DNA from: an uncultured Bacilli bacterium
GTDB taxonomy: Bacteria > Bacillota_I > Bacilli_A > RF39 > UBA660
Length of the DNA: 42,822 nt
Assembly (NCBI GenBank): GCA_947629135.1
Contig: CANRCN010000003.1
Span: forward strand, 1 to 42,822
Reading direction: 5' to 3'
Positions 7,144-17,071 of this stretch are shown here, one piece after another. The translations under genes were made by a program, and so were the position numbers. Each line of letters opens with the position of its first letter. Position 1 is the first letter of the stretch. Below the pieces are notes generated by a model, which saw only the letters and a program-made list of their open reading frames with translations, had not been told where the DNA came from and searched no databases.

Positions 7144-9954
7144 ATGGATAAGATTGTAATAAAGGGTGCTAGAGAAAATAATTTAAAAAATATTAATTTA
7201 GAGTTACCTAAAAATAAATTAATTGTTATGACTGGATTATCTGGAAGTGGAAAAAGTAGTTTAGCATTTGATACTATCTATGCTGAAGGTGAAAGAAGAT
7301 ATGTTGAAAGTTTATCAGCTTATGCTAGACAGTTTTTAGGCGGTTCTGAGAAGCCTGATGTTGATAGTATTGAAGGTTTATCTCCAAGTATTTCAATTGA
7401 TCAAAAAACAACAAGTAAGAATCCTCGTTCTACAGTTGGAACAGTTACAGAAATTTATGATTATTTAAGACTTTTATTTTCAAGAATTGGAGTTCCATAT
7501 TGTCCTAATCACCACATTCCAATTAAGAGTCAATCAGTTGAAGAAATAGTTAATAAAGTTTTAGAATTTCCTGAGGGTACTAAGTTAATTATTTTATCAC
7601 CTGTTGTTGAAAGTGAAAAAGGAACACATAAAGATATACTTGATAATTTGAGAAAAGAAGGATACATCAGAGTTCGGATAAATGGAGAGATGGTTGATAA
7701 TACAGAAGAAATTACTTTAGAAAAAAATAAAAAAGATAAGATTGATGTTGTAATTGATAGAATTATTATTAAAGCTGGAATTAGAAGTAGATTGTATGAA
7801 TCAATTGAGGCTGCAACAAATCTTTCTAAGGGTAAGGTTTTAGTAAATATTCTTGGTGGTGAAGAAATTTTATTTTCAACTACTTATGCTTGTCCTTATT
7901 GTAATTATTCCATTAGTGAAGTTGAACCTCGAATCTTTAGTTTTAATGCTCCTTATGGCGCTTGTCCTGAATGTAAAGGACTTGGAGTCAAGTTAAAAAT
8001 AGATGTTGATTTAGTAATTCCTGATGATAGTTTAAGTTTGAATAATAAATGTATTAAAACTTTAAATGATGATCAAGATTCAATTGAATATAAAAGACTT
8101 AAAGCTGTATGTGATTATTATAAAATAGATATGGATAAACCTTTTCGGAAATTAAGTAAGAAAGAACAAGATATTATTCTTTATGGTTCTCCAGATATTC
8201 TAACTTTTAATATTACAAGTAGAAGTGGAAATGTTACTAAGAATAAAGATTATTTTGAAGGAGTAATTAATAATCTTGAAAGAAGATATATGGATACATC
8301 AAGTGAATGGATTAGAGATTGGCTTGAGCAATATATGATTGAACTTCCATGTGAAGTATGTCATGGAGCTAGATTAAATGATAGTGTTTTGAATATATTA
8401 ATTCATGATAAAAATATTTATGATGTTACTTGTATGTCAATTAAGGAAGCAATTACTTGGTTTGATAATTTAAAGTTAAGTAATGAAGAAATGAAAATTT
8501 CAGAATTGGTTATAAAAGAGATAAAAAATAGATTAAATTTCTTAAAGAATGTTGGACTTGAATATTTGACAATGTCTAGAATGAGTGGAACTTTATCTGG
8601 AGGAGAGGCTCAAAGAATTAGATTAGCAACTCAAATTGGTTCTAGATTAACAGGTGTTTTATATGTTTTAGATGAACCTAGTATTGGACTTCATCAGAAG
8701 GATAATGAAAAGTTAATTAATTCTCTCCTTGAAATGCGAGATTTGGGAAATACTTTAATTGTTGTTGAACATGATACAGATACGATGCTTGCAAGTGACT
8801 ATCTAGTTGATATAGGACCTGGAGCAGGAGATGCAGGTGGATATGTAGTTGCAGCAGGAACACCTGATGAGGTAATGAAAAATGATAATAGTATAACTGG
8901 TCGTTATTTAAGTGGAAAAGAATGTATTATGGTTCCAGAAAAAAGAAGAAAAGGTAATGGTAAACATATTGAAATTAAAGGAGCTAGTGAAAATAATTTA
9001 AAAGATATTGATGTTAAGTTTCCACTTGGAACATTCACTTGTGTTACAGGAGTATCTGGAAGTGGAAAAAGTAGTTTAGTTATGCAAATTCTTGCCAATG
9101 CTTGTATGAATCATATTTATAAATCAAAAGTTAAACCAGGTTCTCATAAAAAAATACTAGGTCTTAATAATTTAGATAAAGTAGTTATAATCACTCAAAA
9201 TCCAATTGGTAGAACCCCAAGAAGTAATCCAGCAACTTATACTGGAGTATTTGATGATATTAGAGATTTATTCACGAATACTAAGGAAGCAAAAATGCTT
9301 GGATATGGCAAGAATAGATTTTCATTTAATGTTAAAGGTGGAAGATGTGAAGCTTGTAGAGGCGATGGGGTAAAGAAGATTGAAATGCACTTTTTACCTG
9401 ATGTATATATACCTTGTGAAGTATGTCATGGTAGTCGTTACAATAGTGAAACTTTATCAATTAAGTATAAAGATAAGAATATTGCTGAAGTTTTAGATAT
9501 GCGAGTAACAGAAGCTTTAAAGTTTTTTGAGAATTTTCCAAAGATTAAAAACAAACTTCAAGTTATGGAAGATGTTGGACTTGGTTATGTTAAATTAGGT
9601 CAAAGTGCAACAACCTTATCTGGAGGGGAAGCAGGAAGAGTTAAGCTTTCTAAAGAACTTCAAAAGAAAGCTACAGGAAAGACCTTATTCATTTTAGATG
9701 AACCAACCACTGGTCTTCATAGTGCTGATATTAAAAGACTTTTAGCAATTCTTAATAGGATTGTTGATAATGGAGATACGGTTTTAGTTATTGAACATAA
9801 TCTTGACGTTATTAAATCAGCTGACTATATAATTGATTTAGGACCTGATGGAGGAGATGGTGGTGGAATGATAGTTGCCAAAGGTACTCCAGAAGAGGTT
9901 TCTAAAGTTAAAGAAAGTTATACTGGTGAATTTTTAAAAAAGATTTTAAATTAG
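7144..9954 (+). CDS. uvrA: Excinuclease ABC subunit A
   Basis: Two Walker A motifs (GLSGSGKS, GVSGSGKS), LSGGE signatures and Zn-finger CxxC pairs; SD GAGGTGA before ATG 7144 (track start 7135). Confidence 0.98.
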   Translation: MDKIVIKGARENNLKNINLELPKNKLIVMTGLSGSGKSSLAFDTIYAEGERRYVESLSAYARQFLGGSEKPDVDSIEGLSPSISIDQKTTSKNPRSTVGTVTEIYDYLRLLFSRIGVPYCPNHHIPIKSQSVEEIVNKVLEFPEGTKLIILSPVVESEKGTHKDILDNLRKEGYIRVRINGEMVDNTEEITLEKNKKDKIDVVIDRIIIKAGIRSRLYESIEAATNLSKGKVLVNILGGEEILFSTTYACPYCNYSISEVEPRIFSFNAPYGACPECKGLGVKLKIDVDLVIPDDSLSLNNKCIKTLNDDQDSIEYKRLKAVCDYYKIDMDKPFRKLSKKEQDIILYGSPDILTFNITSRSGNVTKNKDYFEGVINNLERRYMDTSSEWIRDWLEQYMIELPCEVCHGARLNDSVLNILIHDKNIYDVTCMSIKEAITWFDNLKLSNEEMKISELVIKEIKNRLNFLKNVGLEYLTMSRMSGTLSGGEAQRIRLATQIGSRLTGVLYVLDEPSIGLHQKDNEKLINSLLEMRDLGNTLIVVEHDTDTMLASDYLVDIGPGAGDAGGYVVAAGTPDEVMKNDNSITGRYLSGKECIMVPEKRRKGNGKHIEIKGASENNLKDIDVKFPLGTFTCVTGVSGSGKSSLVMQILANACMNHIYKSKVKPGSHKKILGLNNLDKVVIITQNPIGRTPRSNPATYTGVFDDIRDLFTNTKEAKMLGYGKNRFSFNVKGGRCEACRGDGVKKIEMHFLPDVYIPCEVCHGSRYNSETLSIKYKDKNIAEVLDMRVTEALKFFENFPKIKNKLQVMEDVGLGYVKLGQSATTLSGGEAGRVKLSKELQKKATGKTLFILDEPTTGLHSADIKRLLAILNRIVDNGDTVLVIEHNLDVIKSADYIIDLGPDGGDGGGMIVAKGTPEEVSKVKESYTGEFLKKILN

Positions 9955-9977
9955 TAACACAGGTTGCTAATTTTTTT
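9949..9977 (+). terminator. Intrinsic terminator after uvrA
   Basis: AATTAGTAAC-acag-GTTGCTAATT plus T7. Confidence 0.65.
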
Positions 9978-9997
9978 ATCCACATTTTTGTGGATAA
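9976..9997. promoter_or_regulatory. Inverted pair of perfect DnaA boxes
   Basis: TTATCCACA(9976-9984)-tttt-TGTGGATAA(9989-9997). Confidence 0.6.
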
Positions 9998-10007
9998 AAA
10001 TTAATGT

Positions 10008-10036
10008 TTGTAAAATCCTAATAATTGTTATATACT
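10008..10036 (+). promoter_or_regulatory. Sigma-A promoter of lgt-trxB-whiA
   Basis: TTGTAA(10008-10013)-N17-TATACT(10031-10036). Confidence 0.6.
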
Positions 10037-10052
10037 ATTGGTAGGTGAGATT

Positions 10053-10859
10053 ATGAATAGAGTGGCCATTGACTTGGGGTTTGTTCAAATATATTGGTAT
10101 TCAATCACCATATTATGTGGGGTTATTTTAGGCGGAACTATTTCCTATTTAGAATTAAAACGTTTAAAAAAAGATACCAAATTTTTTCTTGATATGCTTT
10201 TTTATGTTATTCTGTTTGGATTTATAGGAGCAAGACTTTATTATGTTCTTTTTAATCTGGATTATTATTTAGCAAATCCAAGTGAGATAATTGCTGTTTG
10301 GAATGGAGGACTTGCAATACATGGTGGAATAATAGGAGGAGTTTTAACTATTATTGTTTATAGCCGTATTCATAAGAAAAAGATATTGGATGTTGTTAGT
10401 TATATAGATGCATCAACCTTAGGCCTTATTTTGGGTCAAATAATTGGTAGATGGGGGAATTTCTTTAATGGAGAAGCTCATGGAGGGGCTACAACTAAAG
10501 CTTTTTTAGAAAGTATTCATATACCAGATTTTATAATTCAGGGAATGACAATTGAAGGAATTGTATATCATCCAACTTTTCTTTATGAATCCTTATTAAA
10601 TTTAATAGGTTTAATTATTTTATTAATTGTTAGAAAATTTAAAAAACTTAAAGTTGGTATGTTACTTTCTATTTATTTAATGTGGTATGCTGTTGTTAGA
10701 TTCTTTATTGAAAGTATGAGAACAGATAGTTTAATGTTTGGAAATCTAAAGATGGCTCAGATAATCTCTATTGTTTTCTTTATAGTAGGATTAATTGGTT
10801 TTATTATAAGTTTAGTTAAAAGTGTTAATTACAATAAGGAGAGTGATAAAAATGTATGA
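10053..10859 (+). CDS. lgt: Prolipoprotein diacylglyceryl transferase
   Basis: IGARLYYV, GGLAIHGG, GRWGNFFNGEAHG, HPTFLYES and RFFIE motifs (track start 10038). Confidence 0.97.
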   Translation: MNRVAIDLGFVQIYWYSITILCGVILGGTISYLELKRLKKDTKFFLDMLFYVILFGFIGARLYYVLFNLDYYLANPSEIIAVWNGGLAIHGGIIGGVLTIIVYSRIHKKKILDVVSYIDASTLGLILGQIIGRWGNFFNGEAHGGATTKAFLESIHIPDFIIQGMTIEGIVYHPTFLYESLLNLIGLIILLIVRKFKKLKVGMLLSIYLMWYAVVRFFIESMRTDSLMFGNLKMAQIISIVFFIVGLIGFIISLVKSVNYNKESDKNV

Positions 10860-11748
10860 TTGTATAATTGTTGGAGGAGGTATAGCTGGTATAACAGCAG
10901 CTATTTATTTAAAAAATGCTAATAAGAAAGTTTTGTTAATTGAAAAAGGAACAATGGGTGGAATTTTAAATAATATTAGTAAGATTAAAAACTATCCAGG
11001 TTTTACTGAAATAACAGGACCAGATTTAGCCTTAAATTTATATGATCAAGTTAAAAATAATAGTATTGAATATATATTAGATACTGTAATTGGTATAGAA
11101 TCTGGAACTTCAAATAAAGTTAAATTAAAAAATAAAGAATTAGAATGTAAATATTTAATTTTAGCAACAGGAAAAGAGGCTAGAAAATTAGGTCTTCCTA
11201 ATGAAGATAAATTATTAGGTAAGGGAGTTAGTTATTGTGCTCTTTGCGATGGGCATTTCTTTAAAGATAAAGATGTATGTGTTCTTGGAGCTGGAGATTC
11301 AGCAGTAGTTGAAGCTTTATATTTATCTAATATTTGTCATCATGTTACGGTTTTAAGCAAATATCCAAAATTTAAATGTCAAGAAGGAGTATTAAATGAA
11401 TTATTAAAGAAAGATAATGTTACAATTCTTTATAATAGTTTAACTTCTAGTTTAAATGAAGAAAACGGAAAATTAGTATCAATTAATTATAATCAAAATG
11501 GAGAAGAAAAAAATATTAAAACTAGTGCTGTATTTGTTTATATAGGTAGTACTCCTAATATTTTAAGTGGAATAGATTTAGAATTAGATGGTAAGTATTT
11601 AAAAGTTGATAATCAAATGCAAACAAGTCTTGATAGTATTTATGCTGTTGGAGATATTATAAGTAAAGATTTATATCAATTAGTAGGAGCAGCTAATGAT
11701 GGAATGATAGCAGCAACTTCAATTATAAAAAGATTAAATAAGGAGTAA
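10852..11748 (+). CDS. trxB: Thioredoxin reductase
   Basis: GGGIAG FAD motif, GVSYCALCDG redox CxxC, GAGDSA and YAVGD; ATG 10852 after an SD (track start 10822). Confidence 0.88.
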   Translation: MYDCIIVGGGIAGITAAIYLKNANKKVLLIEKGTMGGILNNISKIKNYPGFTEITGPDLALNLYDQVKNNSIEYILDTVIGIESGTSNKVKLKNKELECKYLILATGKEARKLGLPNEDKLLGKGVSYCALCDGHFFKDKDVCVLGAGDSAVVEALYLSNICHHVTVLSKYPKFKCQEGVLNELLKKDNVTILYNSLTSSLNEENGKLVSINYNQNGEEKNIKTSAVFVYIGSTPNILSGIDLELDGKYLKVDNQMQTSLDSIYAVGDIISKDLYQLVGAANDGMIAATSIIKRLNKE

Positions 11749-11751
11749 GCT

Positions 11752-12687
11752 ATGTCTTTCACTACAAGAGTTAAAAATGAAATAAGTAATGATTATAGTA
11801 ATAAAAATGCTAATCTAGCTGAATTATCAGCAATTATTAGAAATTCTTATCATAAAGAAGAAGGTTTAGATTTAGTAACTGAAAATTCAACAGTTTGTAA
11901 GCATTTGTATAATTTATTTAAAGAAATGTACAATATAAATATAAAAATGGAAATAAAAAAAAGTAAGACCAATAAAAATCGAATTTATAATATACTAATT
12001 AAAGATAAATTAGAAATTATATTAAAAGATTTAGGGGTTTTAGATGAAGAGAATAAATATAAAGATATACCAAGTGCTTATCTAATATCATCTGAAGATG
12101 AAAAAAGGGCTTATTTGAAAGGATGTTTTTTAGTAAGTGGAAGTGTAAATGATCCTAAAACTTCAATGTATCATTTAGAATTTACAGTAGATTATTTAAA
12201 AGAAGCTAAATTTTTATCTAATTTATTAAATGAATTTTATTTAAATAGTAAAGTAATAGCTAGAGATAAAGGTTATATGGTTTATATTAAAGAAGCCGAA
12301 AAGATTGGAGATTTTCTAAGAATTATTGGAGCAAGTGCGGCTGTTATGTATTATGAGGATATTAGAATATATCGTGATCATAAAAATATGACAAATCGTC
12401 TTAATAACTGTGAGCAAGCTAATATTGAAAAAAGTATTTTAACATCAAATAGACAAATTGAAGATATTAATTTGATAAAAGAAAAGTTGGGACTTGAAGC
12501 TTTAGACGAAAAATTATCAGAAGCTTCTGATTATCGTGTTAAGTATCCTGAATCATCTTTAGAAGAATTAAGTGAAATAATGTCTCTTGAAACTGGTAAA
12601 AGTATTACAAAATCAGGTCTTAATCATAGATTTAGAAAAATAAGAGAAATAGCAAATAGAATAAGAGAAAATGAAAATAATTCTTGA
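11752..12687 (+). CDS. whiA: DNA-binding protein WhiA
   Basis: MSFTTRVKNE start, GSVNDP..YHLE, NRLNNCEQAN and ITKSGLNHR motifs. Confidence 0.96.
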   Translation: MSFTTRVKNEISNDYSNKNANLAELSAIIRNSYHKEEGLDLVTENSTVCKHLYNLFKEMYNINIKMEIKKSKTNKNRIYNILIKDKLEIILKDLGVLDEENKYKDIPSAYLISSEDEKRAYLKGCFLVSGSVNDPKTSMYHLEFTVDYLKEAKFLSNLLNEFYLNSKVIARDKGYMVYIKEAEKIGDFLRIIGASAAVMYYEDIRIYRDHKNMTNRLNNCEQANIEKSILTSNRQIEDINLIKEKLGLEALDEKLSEASDYRVKYPESSLEELSEIMSLETGKSITKSGLNHRFRKIREIANRIRENENNS

Positions 12688-12712
12688 ATAATAATTTTAA
12701 CTAGAGTATAAT
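12684..12712 (+). promoter_or_regulatory. Sigma-A promoter of the lemA operon
   Basis: TTGAAT(12684-12689)-N17-TATAAT(12707-12712). Confidence 0.65.
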
Positions 12713-12738
12713 AATATTATATTAATAAGGAGGTTAAT

Positions 12739-12750
12739 ATGTGGGGATAA
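12739..12750 (+). other. Three-codon upstream mini-ORF (Met-Trp-Gly-stop) with a strong SD
   Basis: TAAGGAGGTtaat-ATG TGG GGA TAA in the lemA leader. Confidence 0.4.
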
Positions 12751-12784
12751 AATTAGATAAGTAAAAAATAGGAAGGAGAAAAAT

Positions 12785-13336
12785 ATGAATTGGGTATATA
12801 TTATTTTAGGAATAGTTGTATTATTATTAATTTATGTATTTGTAACTTATAATAGTTTAATTAAAGTAAGAAACAAAGTGGAAGAAGCTTTTTCAACAAT
12901 GGATGTTTATTTAAAGAAAAGATGGGATTTGATTCCAAATATAGTTGAAACTGTAAAAGGTTATGCTAAGCATGAAAAGGATACTTTAAATGAGATAGTA
13001 GAACTTCGAAATGGAGTTTATGAAAAGATGAATACAAGTGATAAAGTAGAAGTTAATAACAAATTATCTCAAAATATTACAAAGTTAATGGCTATAGCAG
13101 AAGCATATCCAGATTTAAAAGCTAGTGAAAACTTTAAAGATTTAAGTGGACAGCTTGCCAAAGTTGAAGAAGATATTGCAAATGCTAGAAAGTATTATAA
13201 TGGAGCAGTTAGAATTATGAATGATAAAGTACAAATGTTTCCTAGTAATTTAATAGCTTCAATGTTAGGATTTAAAAAACAACCAATGTTTGAAGTAACT
13301 GAAGCTGAAAGAGAAAATGTTAAAGTTGAATTTTAA
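12785..13336 (+). CDS. lemA: LemA family protein
   Basis: N-terminal TM, YNSL, KRWDLIPNIVETVKGY, EAYPDLKA and FPSNLIA motifs. Confidence 0.95.
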   Translation: MNWVYIILGIVVLLLIYVFVTYNSLIKVRNKVEEAFSTMDVYLKKRWDLIPNIVETVKGYAKHEKDTLNEIVELRNGVYEKMNTSDKVEVNNKLSQNITKLMAIAEAYPDLKASENFKDLSGQLAKVEEDIANARKYYNGAVRIMNDKVQMFPSNLIASMLGFKKQPMFEVTEAERENVKVEF

Positions 13337-13350
13337 GAAAAGGAGGGACT

Positions 13351-15114
13351 ATGATAAAAATATTTAAAAAGTCTCTTGTTTTCTTTTGTTTAGTATTTTT
13401 ATTATCTTGTTTAAATGTTAAGGCTTATGCTAATTATACAATTGATAAATTTGATATTGATATTAAAGTGAATGAAAATAATACTTATGAAATTAAAGAA
13501 ATAATTGATGTTAATTTTAAAGCTTCTGTTAAAGAATTTAATATAACAATACCTCGTAGTAATTATATAGATAATAAAATTAAAAGTAAAGTTAAAATAA
13601 CTAATTTAAAAGTAAATGATACATATGAATTGATAAATAATAAAGATAATTATCAAATAAAACTAGGTGAAGCTATAGAAGGAAAGAAACAATATATAAT
13701 TAGTTATACTTATGAGGTTTCTTATAATAATAGTATATATAATAAATTTGAAGGATTTTATTATAATTTAGTTGGGCAAGATTGGGATGCTTTAATATAT
13801 AACGTTGATTTTAAAGTTAGTTTACCAAATAATTATAGTGATTATAATGTTTCCTTTAAAAGTAAAGAAATAGTTCAATCGGATGAAGATAAATTTAAAT
13901 ATGAAATAAAAGATAATGTTATAACAGGTACTTCTACTAAGATATTTGCAGGAGATTTAATTTTAATAATTTCTTTACCAGTAAAACTTGCTTCTAATGA
14001 TTTAACTAAATTATGTATGTTAGTATTTTTTATTCCAATTATTTGTTTAGGAATTGCAATATTAATATGGTATAAAAAAGGAAAAGATGAAATAATAGAA
14101 ACAGTTGAATTTTATCCACCAAAAGAAATTAATAGTTTAGAAATGGGATTTTTAAATGATGGATTGGTTGATGAAAAAAATGTTTTATCACTTTTAATTT
14201 ATTTAGCAAATAAGGGTTATTTAAAGATAAAAGAAGAGAATGATGACTATAAATTTATAAAATTGAAGGAATATGATGGTAACAAAAAAGAAGAAAAAAT
14301 GTTTTTAGATGCTTTATTTGAAAAATCTCATAAGAATGAAGAAGAATTCGTTTATAAAAGTGAATTAGATACAGATTTTTCTTATAGAATAAAAGAGATA
14401 ATAAATAGTATGCATAGTAGAGCTAATTATAGAAAAATATATGAAAGAACAACATTTTGGCATTTCATAACAGTACTACTTTATATAATTTCGATTATAG
14501 CAACAGTTTTTCCTTTAATGAATATAATAGAATTTACTATTTTTGGATTTGATGAAATAAAATATATGGAAAATATTTTATTTATTATAATTGGTATTGC
14601 TATTGGTACTAGAATAATATGTATAGAAAATTTACTTCCTAAAGTAAGAAATATTTTTCTAATAATTGGGATAGGAATTTTTATGATTATATTTTTCAAT
14701 TTATATGAAATTTTGTTATATAATTCTTTTGTTATAATAGTATTTATAGTTGGTTTAATATCATCTATAGGAATAATCATTTGTTATTCATATCTTGATA
14801 AAAGAACAGAAGAGGCTTCTAAAATGGTAGGTAGAATCAGAGGATTCAAACGATTTTTAGAGACTGTAGAAAGAGATAGATTAGAAAGTTTATTAAACGA
14901 TGATCCTGATTATTTTTTTAAGATATTACCTTATGCTTATGTACTTGAATTATCTGATAAATGGATTAAAGACTTTGAAGACATTGTACTTCCTGAGTCT
15001 CCTCAATCTAAAGAGTTTGATATTTATGAAATTTTATTAGATGATTGTATGCCTAGTTTAATTTCACTTGTTGCAATTGCAGGAATATCACTTTTTAATA
15101 TAATTAAAAAGTGA
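13351..15114 (+). CDS. DUF2207 family membrane protein (copy 1, no Gly-rich tail)
   Basis: Signal peptide, YYNLVG.DW, VEFYPP, LIYLANKGY, GFKRFL and LPYAYVL motifs. Confidence 0.88.
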   Translation: MIKIFKKSLVFFCLVFLLSCLNVKAYANYTIDKFDIDIKVNENNTYEIKEIIDVNFKASVKEFNITIPRSNYIDNKIKSKVKITNLKVNDTYELINNKDNYQIKLGEAIEGKKQYIISYTYEVSYNNSIYNKFEGFYYNLVGQDWDALIYNVDFKVSLPNNYSDYNVSFKSKEIVQSDEDKFKYEIKDNVITGTSTKIFAGDLILIISLPVKLASNDLTKLCMLVFFIPIICLGIAILIWYKKGKDEIIETVEFYPPKEINSLEMGFLNDGLVDEKNVLSLLIYLANKGYLKIKEENDDYKFIKLKEYDGNKKEEKMFLDALFEKSHKNEEEFVYKSELDTDFSYRIKEIINSMHSRANYRKIYERTTFWHFITVLLYIISIIATVFPLMNIIEFTIFGFDEIKYMENILFIIIGIAIGTRIICIENLLPKVRNIFLIIGIGIFMIIFFNLYEILLYNSFVIIVFIVGLISSIGIIICYSYLDKRTEEASKMVGRIRGFKRFLETVERDRLESLLNDDPDYFFKILPYAYVLELSDKWIKDFEDIVLPESPQSKEFDIYEILLDDCMPSLISLVAIAGISLFNIIKK

Positions 15115-15131
15115 TTATAAAGGAGGGGTAA

Positions 15132-17024
15132 ATGAATTTATTTAAAAAAATAGTATTTGTATTTGTCTTGCTATTTTTTATATCTACTTACAATGTTAAA
15201 GCTCTTACAGGCTATACAATTGATAAGTTTGATATTGATATTAAAGTAAATAAAGATAATACTTTTGATATTAAAGAGACTATTACGGCTAATTTTAGTG
15301 TTCCAAAACATGGTATATTTTTAACAATTCCTTTAAGGAATGAAGTAAAAAGGGAAGATCGAACTAGTTATAAAAATAAAGCTATTATTACTAAGGTAAA
15401 AGTAAATGAAAAGTTTACTACTAGTAGAGAAAATGGAAATTATAAAATAAAAATAGGTTCTGATAACAAAACTTTAACTGGTTTAAAAGAATATATAATT
15501 AGTTATCATTATAATATAGGTAATGATAAAACAAATAAGTTTGATGAACTTTATTATAATTTAATTGGAATTGATTGGGATACTGATATTTCTAATATAA
15601 CTTTTAAAATTAGTATGCCAAAAGAATTTGATGAATCTAAATTAGGATTTTCAGCAGGGAGATATGGTGAAAGTGGAACGTCAGATATTACCTATCAAGT
15701 AGATGGAAACGTTATAACTGGAACATTTAATAGGATTTTATATCAAGGAGAAACAATAACAGTAAGACTCGAATTACCTGATGGATACTTTGAAAAACAA
15801 AAAGTTAATATAATTGATTATTTGATTTATTTAATTCCAATTATCTTTCTTGTAGTATCTATTCTTCTTTGGTATTTGTATGGTAGAGATGATCAAGTTA
15901 TTGAAACAGTTGAATTTTATCCTCCAAAAGGAAAAAATAGTTTGGAAGTAGGCTTTTTATATAAAGGAAAAGCTATTCAAGAAGATGTTACATCTTTATT
16001 AATCTATCTTGCTAACAAAGGATATGTTAAGATTGAAGAAGAAGGTAAGAAAGGTTTTAAAATTATTAAAATAAAAGAATATGATGGTAAAAATGAAGAA
16101 GAAAAAGAATTTTTAGAGGGTTTATTTAAAAAATCTAGTAAAACTAAAGATGGTATAGAGTTTGTAACTGATGATGATTTATATGATAGTTTTTATGTAA
16201 CTATGAATAAAATTTTAAAAAGTATTAATTCTAAGGAAAATAAAAATAGTATATTTGAAAAATCTGCATCAAATAAATCTTTTATAATTATTTTAATGAT
16301 AATTGCAACCTTTTGTATAATTACTATTCCTCCTTTTATAAAGTATGAAGAAATAGATATTATAATGTTTGCTCTTTTATTTCCTGGAATAGGATTTACT
16401 ATAATGCTTCAATCTTTTATTTGGGATAACTCACTTTATATAAATGGACAAGCTATTAATTCTAAAATTGCAGCAAGAATATTCGGAGTTATCTTTGGCT
16501 TACTATTTGGAGGTTTTCCTTTTATAGTTATGGTTTTACCAGTACTATCTCAAGAATTAATTTATTTAATTATGTATATAGTTGGTATTATATGTGTATT
16601 TGGAATGTTAATTTCTTTAAAATATTTGCCAAGAAGAACACCTTATGGAAATGAAGTATTGGGAAAACTTAAAGGTTTTAAAACTTTCTTAGAAACAGCT
16701 GAAAAAGAAAGATTAGAAGCTATGGTAAAAGATAATCCAACGTATTTCTATGATATTTTACCATTTACATATGTTCTTGGGGTATCTAAGACTTGGATTA
16801 AGAAATTTGAAGCAATTAATATAGAAGCTCCTACTTGGTATTATGGATCAGATACTTTTGATATAATTATGTTTAATAGATTTATGAATAATACAATGAA
16901 AGTTGCATCTAAAAGTATGACATCTAGTCCTAGTAGTTCTTCAGGTGGATTTTCTGGTGGAGGCTTCTCAGGAGGTGGATTTTCTGGTGGAGGCTCTGGC
17001 GGTGGAGGCGGAGGCTCTTGGTAA
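15132..17024 (+). CDS. DUF2207 family membrane protein (copy 2, canonical SSSGGFSGGG...GSW tail)
   Basis: Same motifs as copy 1 plus the Gly/Ser-rich C-terminus. Confidence 0.92.
   Translation: MNLFKKIVFVFVLLFFISTYNVKALTGYTIDKFDIDIKVNKDNTFDIKETITANFSVPKHGIFLTIPLRNEVKREDRTSYKNKAIITKVKVNEKFTTSRENGNYKIKIGSDNKTLTGLKEYIISYHYNIGNDKTNKFDELYYNLIGIDWDTDISNITFKISMPKEFDESKLGFSAGRYGESGTSDITYQVDGNVITGTFNRILYQGETITVRLELPDGYFEKQKVNIIDYLIYLIPIIFLVVSILLWYLYGRDDQVIETVEFYPPKGKNSLEVGFLYKGKAIQEDVTSLLIYLANKGYVKIEEEGKKGFKIIKIKEYDGKNEEEKEFLEGLFKKSSKTKDGIEFVTDDDLYDSFYVTMNKILKSINSKENKNSIFEKSASNKSFIIILMIIATFCIITIPPFIKYEEIDIIMFALLFPGIGFTIMLQSFIWDNSLYINGQAINSKIAARIFGVIFGLLFGGFPFIVMVLPVLSQELIYLIMYIVGIICVFGMLISLKYLPRRTPYGNEVLGKLKGFKTFLETAEKERLEAMVKDNPTYFYDILPFTYVLGVSKTWIKKFEAINIEAPTWYYGSDTFDIIMFNRFMNNTMKVASKSMTSSPSSSSGGFSGGGFSGGGFSGGGSGGGGGGSW
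16941..17021 (+). repeat. Gly/Ser-coding tandem repeats (SGGGF units)
   Basis: GGTGGATTTTCTGGTGGAGGCT occurs twice within the tail. Confidence 0.7.
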
Positions 17025-17035
17025 TAAAATAAATA

Positions 17036-17071
17036 AAAATAGGGAAAGTAATTTGTTACTTTTCCTATTTT
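17036..17071. terminator. Bidirectional terminator between convergent genes
   Basis: AAAATAGGgAAAGTAA-tttg-TTACTTTtCCTATTTT. Confidence 0.7.

Noticed and set aside
8904-9098. 64-aa minus-strand ORF
   Set aside because: Antisense shadow inside uvrA; no SD or motif
9976-9997. oriC interpretation of the DnaA boxes
   Set aside because: Only two boxes, a short intergenic region, no dnaA/dnaN/rpmH nearby and no change in gene strand bias
14481-14780. 99-aa Ile-rich minus-strand ORF
   Set aside because: Antisense to the TM-coding part of DUF2207; compositional artefact
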